NCBI GenBank assembly: GCA_944388585.1
Contig: CALXJI010000004.1
Location: 58,156-122,155 of the forward strand
From: an uncultured Clostridia bacterium
GTDB lineage: Bacteria; Bacillota; Clostridia; TANB77; CAG-465
Reading direction: 5' to 3'
Length of the DNA: 64,000 bases
Part shown: in pieces, positions 58,063-64,000 of the stretch
Layout: every line of letters starts with the position of its first letter
How positions within the stretch are numbered: the first letter of the stretch is position 1
Notes under the pieces: generated by a model
Told to the model about the DNA's origin: nothing
The model's database searches: none
What the model saw: the letters and a program-made list of their open reading frames with translations, nothing else
Position numbers and translations under genes: made by a program

Positions 58063-59076
58063 TTATAAGCTTAAATGTGTACCTTTCGGAAATTTTAATG
58101 TAACACATGTATTTTCATTAATCTTTGATGTAATTTCTATATCAATTCCTAATTTATCACAAAGTTTTTTACAAAGATACAGACCAATTCCAGTAGATTT
58201 TTTAGATATAATTCTTCCATTTTTTCCAGTAAAACCTTTATCAAAAACTCTAGGTAAATCTGAGATATCTATTCCTATACCATTATCAATTATATAAAGT
58301 TCTACTCTTTGTTTTAATTCTTTACTATATATTTCTATTTGTCTATTTATATCTTTACTATATTTAATACAATTTTGAATAATTTGATTTATTATAAAAA
58401 TAATCCATTTACTATCTGTATAAACTATATTATCTAAGTCATGAACATTTATATTTATATCACTTTGTATTAAAACATTTTTATTTCTTTTGATAGATAT
58501 ATTTACCATATCTTTTAGTGAAACTTTTTTAATGCTATAATCTTTTTCCACATTGCTACTTCTTGCATAATATAGTGCTTGTTCTATAAAGTTCTCTATT
58601 TTATCTATTTCTTCTTCAATACTTTTTGTTACTTCATTTCTATTATTTTCTATTATAAGTTTAACTACAGAAATTGGTATTTTAATTTCATGAATCCACA
58701 TTTCTATATACTCTTTATACTCATTTTGCGAAAACTTATATTTATTAACATTTTCAATCATAGATATTCCAAGCTCACTTATATACTCTTCTAATTTTTC
58801 TGCTTCTAAAAATGATGGTACATCTATAACCTCAGATAATAAATATTTCTCATTTAGCTCACTTAACTTAGAATCTACACTATTATAAAAATTTTTCTTT
58901 TTATTATATTCTAAAAAAAACATTAACATAGTTATTATAATAGGAACAAATATAATATACATTATTATAACTTTATTAACATTATATGGCATCAAAAAAA
59001 TTGCTATTGTAATTTGTAAAAAAATAATACTTACTAAATATGAAACTTTTTCTTTAAGGAAATTTAAAAAACTCAT
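58063..59076 (-). CDS. BceS/GraS-type intramembrane-sensing histidine kinase
   Basis: 2 TM helices with no extracellular domain, WIHEIKIP, DNGIG, GFTG, STGIGL. Confidence 0.9.
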   Translation of the reverse strand: MSFLNFLKEKVSYLVSIIFLQITIAIFLMPYNVNKVIIMYIIFVPIIITMLMFFLEYNKKKNFYNSVDSKLSELNEKYLLSEVIDVPSFLEAEKLEEYISELGISMIENVNKYKFSQNEYKEYIEMWIHEIKIPISVVKLIIENNRNEVTKSIEEEIDKIENFIEQALYYARSSNVEKDYSIKKVSLKDMVNISIKRNKNVLIQSDININVHDLDNIVYTDSKWIIFIINQIIQNCIKYSKDINRQIEIYSKELKQRVELYIIDNGIGIDISDLPRVFDKGFTGKNGRIISKKSTGIGLYLCKKLCDKLGIDIEITSKINENTCVTLKFPKGTHLSL

Positions 59077-59744
59077 TTTAATATATACCCCTGTCCTCTT
59101 TTTGTCTCAATTAAGCTTTTAAGATTTATCTCTTCCATTTTATCTCTTAGCCTTTTTATATTAACAGATAGAGTATTTTCATCTACAAAACTCTCACTAT
59201 CCCATAAATAGTTCATTATCTTATCTCTTGATACAATCCTTCCTCTATTTAATACTAAAAAATGTAATATTTTTAATTCATTTTTAGTAAGCTCTATCTG
59301 TACATCGTCTTTTTCTATTTTACTTTGAGAAGTATTAAGTATAAATTTTTTACAATCAATTTTATCTTGTACGTAACTCAAATCTTTTGTTCTTCTTAAT
59401 AGGCTAGCAATTTTAGCAAGCAATATATGTATATTAAAAGGTTTTGTAACATATTGATCTGCACCATAATTTAAAGAAATAATCTCATCTATTTCACTTT
59501 CCCTACTTGTTATAATTATAACGGGTACATTTGATACTTTTCTTAGTTCTTTACAAATATATTCACCATCCAAATTTGGCAAATTAATATCTAAAAGAAT
59601 TAAATCTGCCTTTATCTTTAATATATCATTTATTGTATCTTCAAATTTCTCTAATATTTCTATCTCATATCCATTTTTCTTTAAAAATATACCTAACTCT
59701 TCTCTTAATTTTTTATCATCTTCCACAATTAATATTTTACTCAT
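59073..59744 (-). CDS. BceR/GraR-type OmpR response regulator
   Basis: VEDD, LLDINLP, TKPF, ETKRGQGY. Confidence 0.9.
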   Translation of the reverse strand: MSKILIVEDDKKLREELGIFLKKNGYEIEILEKFEDTINDILKIKADLILLDINLPNLDGEYICKELRKVSNVPVIIITSRESEIDEIISLNYGADQYVTKPFNIHILLAKIASLLRRTKDLSYVQDKIDCKKFILNTSQSKIEKDDVQIELTKNELKILHFLVLNRGRIVSRDKIMNYLWDSESFVDENTLSVNIKRLRDKMEEINLKSLIETKRGQGYILK

Positions 59745-59788
59745 ATTTTTTCCTCCGCATATATTATACCATATAATAGTAAAGACTT

Positions 59789-59808
59789 TTCTTACATTTT
59801 TGTAAGAA
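59789..59808 (-). promoter_or_regulatory. BceR-type binding site upstream of the response regulator
   Basis: TTCTTACA-TTTT-TGTAAGAA palindrome. Confidence 0.7.
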
Positions 59809-59814
59809 GAATAT

Positions 59815-59842
59815 AAAAAAGTTTGGACTGCTCCAAACTTTT
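59815..59842 (-). terminator. Terminator after prs-DUF1653
   Basis: AAAAGTTTGGA / TCCAAACTTTT. Confidence 0.75.
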
Positions 59843-60069
59843 TACCTTTTACTTTTTATATCTTGTAATTCAAATCTATATTTTTGACCATTTTTATTTA
59901 CCTCATCAAAAAACATACTATATGGTCTAATCCATAGTTTTCCATCTCCATATAATGATCTATAAATTACCATTTTCTCACCATTTTCAGAATTATATCC
60001 AATGTCTTCTATCAAATACATATCTCCCTTATAATGTTTATATATTCTATTTATCTTTATCTCTTCCAT
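59842..60069 (-). CDS. DUF1653 protein
   Basis: YKHYKG..Y, SE..E.MVIYRSLY, WIRP..MF, YRF. Confidence 0.85.
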   Translation of the reverse strand: MEEIKINRIYKHYKGDMYLIEDIGYNSENGEKMVIYRSLYGDGKLWIRPYSMFFDEVNKNGQKYRFELQDIKSKR

Positions 60070-60078
60070 ATTTTCCTC

Positions 60079-61017
60079 CTATCTTAGTATCTCTCCTAAA
60101 GGTCTTCCCTCATTTATTCTTTTTATTGTCTCACCAAAAAGTGGTGCAATAGATAATACCTTTATTTTTTCTATTTGCTTTTCTTTAGGAAGTGGCACAG
60201 TATTAGTAATAACTAGCTCTTTAATTGGAGATTTTCTTATTCTTTCTGTAGCATTAGCAGATAATATTCCATGAGTACACCCAGCATAAATTTCTTTTGC
60301 TCCATGCTCTTCTAAAATTCTTGCTGTCTCTATAATAGAACCTGCTGTATCAATCTCATCATCAAATATAATACACTGTTTTCCACTTACCTCACCTATT
60401 ACTGTTGAAGCAATCGCATTATCATCATTACCATTTCTTCTCTTATCTATAAGAGCTATAGGACAATTAAAATATTCAGAATATTTATATGCTTTTTTTG
60501 AACTTCCTGCATCTGTTGCAACAACAACCATATCTTTTAAATTCTTCTTTGAAAAATATTCTTGTAATAGATTTTGTGCAGAAATTCTATCACAATTAAT
60601 ATCAAAATAAGCTTGAATTGCAGGATTGTGCAAGTCACAAGTTATAACTCTTGTAGTTCCTGCCGCCTCTAAAAGCTTTGCTATAAGTTTTGCTGTTACT
60701 GGCACTCTTGGCTGATCTTTTTTATCTGATCTTGAATATAAATAATATGGAAGTACTACATTTATTCTTCCAGCAGAGGCACGCTTTAAAGCTTCTATAG
60801 CAATTAAAAGTTCCATTACTCTCTCATTTACAGGTGGTTTTGTAGTTTGGACGATATATACATCTTTATCTCTTACTGTCTCTAAAATTTGAACAAAAGT
60901 ATTATCATTTTTAAATTTCAATACTTTCATACGTCCCTTTTTTAGTCCTAAATATTCACATATTTCGTCTGTAAAATTTTCAGCACTAGGACATGCAAAA
61001 ATCTTAATATCTCTCAT
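60079..61017 (-). CDS. prs: Ribose-phosphate pyrophosphokinase
   Basis: YSRSDKK, DLH, IDKRR, FDDEIDTAGS; start ATG 61017. Confidence 0.92.
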   Translation of the reverse strand: MRDIKIFACPSAENFTDEICEYLGLKKGRMKVLKFKNDNTFVQILETVRDKDVYIVQTTKPPVNERVMELLIAIEALKRASAGRINVVLPYYLYSRSDKKDQPRVPVTAKLIAKLLEAAGTTRVITCDLHNPAIQAYFDINCDRISAQNLLQEYFSKKNLKDMVVVATDAGSSKKAYKYSEYFNCPIALIDKRRNGNDDNAIASTVIGEVSGKQCIIFDDEIDTAGSIIETARILEEHGAKEIYAGCTHGILSANATERIRKSPIKELVITNTVPLPKEKQIEKIKVLSIAPLFGETIKRINEGRPLGEILR

Positions 61018-61036
61018 CTTTCTCCTCCTTAAATAC

Positions 61037-61082
61037 AAAAAAACTATATAGATATGAAAAAAACATCATATTATATAGTTTT
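61037..61082 (-). terminator. Leader terminator (attenuator) upstream of prs
   Basis: AACTATATA-ATATGA...TCATAT-C-TATATAGTT stem ending in a T7 run, just before the prs RBS. Confidence 0.7.
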
Positions 61083-61134
61083 ATAACCGATTAATATATA
61101 TTAATTTTACTAAATTCCAAATTTTAATTTCCAT
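61081..61134 (-). CDS. 17-aa putative leader peptide MEIKIWNLVKLIYINRL
   Basis: AAGGAG RBS 7 nt before ATG, downstream of a SigA promoter; stop overlaps the terminator 5' arm. Confidence 0.65.
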   Translation of the reverse strand: MEIKIWNLVKLIYINRL

Positions 61135-61159
61135 GGTTGATCTCCTTATTGACACTATT

Positions 61160-61188
61160 ATGATATACTATTACAACTAATTTGTCAA
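61160..61188 (-). promoter_or_regulatory. SigA promoter of the prs leader
   Basis: TTGACA-17-TATCAT. Confidence 0.65.
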
Positions 61189-61244
61189 TTAATGAAAAAA
61201 GAAAAAATTCTTTAAATATGTAAAATTTATTTTCTATATAAAAA

Positions 61245-61269
61245 AACTCTCTTTATATTAAAGAGAGTT
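61245..61269 (-). terminator. tRNA operon terminator
   Basis: AACTCTCTTTA / TAAAGAGAGTT followed by a T-run. Confidence 0.75.
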
Positions 61270-61316
61270 AAATTAGATTATATATAAACACGAAAGATTA
61301 ACATTAGTATAGCATT

Positions 61317-61392
61317 TGGTGGTCAGAGAGGGAATCGAACCCCCGACACGGGGATTTTCAGTCCCCTGCTCTACCGACTGAGCTATCTGACC
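61317..61392 (-). tRNA. tRNA-Phe(GAA)
   Basis: 76-nt cloverleaf, CTGAAAA anticodon loop, GTTCGA T-loop, encoded CCA. Confidence 0.97.
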
Positions 61393-61412
61393 TCAAAAAG
61401 ATAAAAAAAAAG

Positions 61413-61489
61413 TGGCGACCTGAATGGGGCTCGAACCCACGACCTCTAGCGTGACAGGCTAGCGTTCTAACCAACTGAACTACCAGGCC
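61413..61489 (-). tRNA. tRNA-Asp(GTC)
   Basis: 77-nt cloverleaf, CTGTCAC loop, encoded CCA. Confidence 0.97.
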
Positions 61490-61502
61490 ATAAACAAATA
61501 AA

Positions 61503-61578
61503 TGGTGGGCACTACAGGGCTCGAACCTGTGACCCCCTGCTTGTAAGGCAGATGCTCTCCCAACTGAGCTAAGCGCCC
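61503..61578 (-). tRNA. tRNA-Val(TAC)
   Basis: 76-nt cloverleaf, CTTACAA loop, encoded CCA. Confidence 0.97.
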
Positions 61579-61599
61579 ATTTATCTGCTGACAAGTACT

Positions 61600-61628
61600 A
61601 TTATAACGTATCTTATAATATTTGTCAA
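61600..61628 (-). promoter_or_regulatory. Consensus SigA promoter of the tRNA operon
   Basis: TTGACA-17-TATAAT. Confidence 0.9.
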
Positions 61629-61647
61629 CAGTTTTTTTCTATATTTG

Positions 61648-63090
61648 CTATAATATTTTTTTAGCATTAATAATTATTTCATCTATACGTAATCTATACG
61701 TTCCATAGTTAATTAATACTTCTTCAGCTAAACTTTCATCCATTTTCTTAAATAAGAAATCTCCTTGAATCTTATCTGCGCCATCTGTAATAGCTTTTAC
61801 AAGTTTAATATCATCATTTATTTTTCCAACTATAACTTTATATCCTAAATCTTTACAAAGTACTATTAAATCAAGAAACACTTTATCATTTATTATCTCA
61901 CTAGATAATATACTAGAACTTATTTTTACCTCATCTATTGGTAATTCTTTAAATAGCTCCAATGATTCTTGCTTAATATCAAAATTATTTATAATTATAT
62001 CTACGTCTATCTGCTTTAATCTTTCAAACATTAATTTATACGCTTCAAGCTTAGAAGTTTCAATGCTTCCTGTCATTTCGATTTGTAAACTATTCTTTGG
62101 TAAATCATAAGATGTTATAATATTGCAAATTGTATCTACAAATTCTTTTTTTAAAGCTGTCTTGTTTGAAATATTTACAGCAATTTGTACATTGCTATAT
62201 CCCTTATTTTTAAACTCCATTATTTTTTCACATACTGTTTTTAAAACATACTCATCTAATTTCATAGTAAGTCCCATAGTTTCAGCTTGTGTAATAAAAT
62301 ATGCAGCATCTAAATTACCAAGTACAGGATGATTCCAATTAAGTAAAGCTTCAAATCCAATTTTAGATGTGTCTTCAACATTTATTCTAGGTTGCAAATT
62401 TATTCCAAATTCATTATTATCATAAGCTTTTTTTAAGTCTTTTTCCATTTTTACATTATTATCTAGTTTAGCTTTTAGACTGTCATTATGAAAATAATAA
62501 TCATTTCCACCATGCTCTTTTATATAGTACATAGCATTATCTGCATAATTTATTAAATCTTTTCTAGAATATCTCTCATCTATTGCTAAAACTACACCTA
62601 GACTATACTCTATAGATATTGTATTATTTTCTATTACCGCAGGTTTATTCATTATATTTTTTAAACTTTCTAAAATTAATATTACTTCTTCTTTTGTATT
62701 AATTTTTTCAATTATAATGGCAAACTCATCTCCACCAAGTCTATATGCTTTAGCATTTTGAGGTAATGCTTCATCAAATTTTAAAGACATTGCCTTTAAT
62801 AGCTCGTCTCCTATATCATGGCCTAGTGTATCATTTACCTGTTTAAATCCATCTAAATCCATAAATCCTACAGCTATATTTTTATCTTGATCTATTAACT
62901 TATCTAAATCTGCATAAAATAAATATCTATTTCCTTTTCCTGTAAGTTCATCTGTATACGCTTGTTTTCTAACTTTCTTAGAGTTTTTATCTCGTATTAA
63001 AAGCTTGTATATGAGTATTGCAGCTATAGCTATTATAGCTGCCTTTAATATCTCAATTAATATATCTTTATATTGTATAAAAAAATCCAT
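61648..63090 (-). CDS. TM-GGDEF-EAL protein (intact GGDEF, degenerate EAL)
   Basis: DLDGFKQVND.LGH..GD, RLGGDEF; EALLNW and INNFDI in place of EALxR and DDFGTG. Confidence 0.85.
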   Translation of the reverse strand: MDFFIQYKDILIEILKAAIIAIAAILIYKLLIRDKNSKKVRKQAYTDELTGKGNRYLFYADLDKLIDQDKNIAVGFMDLDGFKQVNDTLGHDIGDELLKAMSLKFDEALPQNAKAYRLGGDEFAIIIEKINTKEEVILILESLKNIMNKPAVIENNTISIEYSLGVVLAIDERYSRKDLINYADNAMYYIKEHGGNDYYFHNDSLKAKLDNNVKMEKDLKKAYDNNEFGINLQPRINVEDTSKIGFEALLNWNHPVLGNLDAAYFITQAETMGLTMKLDEYVLKTVCEKIMEFKNKGYSNVQIAVNISNKTALKKEFVDTICNIITSYDLPKNSLQIEMTGSIETSKLEAYKLMFERLKQIDVDIIINNFDIKQESLELFKELPIDEVKISSSILSSEIINDKVFLDLIVLCKDLGYKVIVGKINDDIKLVKAITDGADKIQGDFLFKKMDESLAEEVLINYGTYRLRIDEIIINAKKIL

Positions 63091-63106
63091 TTTTATCACA
63101 CCTTTA

Positions 63107-64000
63107 TTATCCTAAAACTATGTTTACTATCTTAGATTTTATAACAATAACTTTCTTTATTTCTTTTCCTGTCATATAATTTTTTAATGCATCTGCTTCT
63201 AAAGCAATCTTTTCTATTTCTTTTTCATCACTTTGTGCAGGTATATTTATTCTATATCTTACAGTTCCATTAATTTGTACTGGTATTTCTATCTCATCTG
63301 ACACTATTTTGCTTTCATCATATGTAGGCCACTTACTTTCAAAAATATAACCACCTAAATTTAATTTTTCCCATAATTCTTCTGTAACATGAGGAGCTAC
63401 TGGATTTAAAATTTGTAATAAAGGCTTAATATATTTTTTACTTACCTTTTCTTGCTTATATAATACATTTACATAGCTCATCATTGCTGCTATTGCAGTA
63501 TTATATTTCATATCTTCATAATCTTGTGAAACCTTTTTTATTACAAAATTTACTTCCCTATCTAATTCTTTAGATGTTATATCCTCATCTGTTGCTAAAG
63601 TTTCTAATCTCATTATTCTATCTAAGAATTTCTTTGCACCTTTTACTCCATTTTCTGACCAAGGTGCTGACATTCCATAATCTCCAATAAACAATATATA
63701 TGTTCTTAAAGTGTCTGCTCCATATTGTTTTACTATATCATCTGGATTAACTACATTTCCCTTTGATTTTGACATCTTATCTCCATCTGGTCCTAAAATT
63801 AATCCTTGTGTTGTTCTTTTATTATATGGTTCTTTAGTAGGTACAACACCTATATCATATAAAAATCTATGCCAAAATCTTGAATAAATTAAGTGTCTAG
63901 TTACATGCTCCATACCACCATTATAGCAGTCTACACTCTTCCAATAATTTAAAGCTTCTTTAGATGCTAAAGCATCATTATTTTTAGGATCCATATATCT
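63107..64000 (-). CDS. leuS: Leucine--tRNA ligase, 3' part (starts beyond the right edge)
   Basis: GGMEH...HLIYSRF, KMSKS, YGADTLR, IPVQING, IVNIV. Confidence 0.95.
   Translation of the reverse strand, partial: RYMDPKNNDALASKEALNYWKSVDCYNGGMEHVTRHLIYSRFWHRFLYDIGVVPTKEPYNKRTTQGLILGPDGDKMSKSKGNVVNPDDIVKQYGADTLRTYILFIGDYGMSAPWSENGVKGAKKFLDRIMRLETLATDEDITSKELDREVNFVIKKVSQDYEDMKYNTAIAAMMSYVNVLYKQEKVSKKYIKPLLQILNPVAPHVTEELWEKLNLGGYIFESKWPTYDESKIVSDEIEIPVQINGTVRYRINIPAQSDEKEIEKIALEADALKNYMTGKEIKKVIVIKSKIVNIVLG

Noticed and set aside
61190-61320. Island integrated at tRNA-Phe
   Set aside because: The tRNA is followed by its terminator and prs; I saw no integrase and no duplicated tRNA 3' end.
61358-61594. 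78-aa ORF in the track
   Set aside because: It is a translation of the tRNA-Val, Asp and Phe genes.
1522-62332. Many short antisense or out-of-frame ORFs (e.g. 1522-1737, 11994-12287, 16543-17007, 26346-26765, 43570-44001, 54299-54811, 56090-56548)
   Set aside because: They shadow well-supported genes and show no family motifs.

Overview
Very AT-rich chromosomal window from a Gram-positive, probably spore-forming Clostridia (inferred from gene content and promoter types), with most genes on the minus strand. It contains housekeeping genes (rlmD, uvrA, prsA, mfd, ligA, pgsA, pgeF, addA, tsaE-tsaB-rimI, a LonC-type protease, murE, prs, the 3' part of leuS), three tRNAs (Val-TAC, Asp-GTC, Phe-GAA), a BceRS-BceAB module, a flavodoxin/DUF362 stress cluster and an orphan sortase-type pilin. 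I found no integrase, transposase or CRISPR array. Main leads: (1) an array of 14 short accessory genes at 1-6.8 kb whose junctions repeatedly carry a 14-bp quasi-palindrome (TAAAT-N4-ATTTR) just upstream of the RBS, suggesting an integron-like cassette array; (2) an uncalled 17-aa leader peptide plus terminator in front of prs; (3) a murE-arginase pair suggesting L-ornithine peptidoglycan; (4) two uncalled micro-ORFs, one a 52-aa peptide with 15 Cys; (5) a GT8-GT28 fusion in a probable glycolipid operon. All family calls come from motif recognition by eye; no searches were run.
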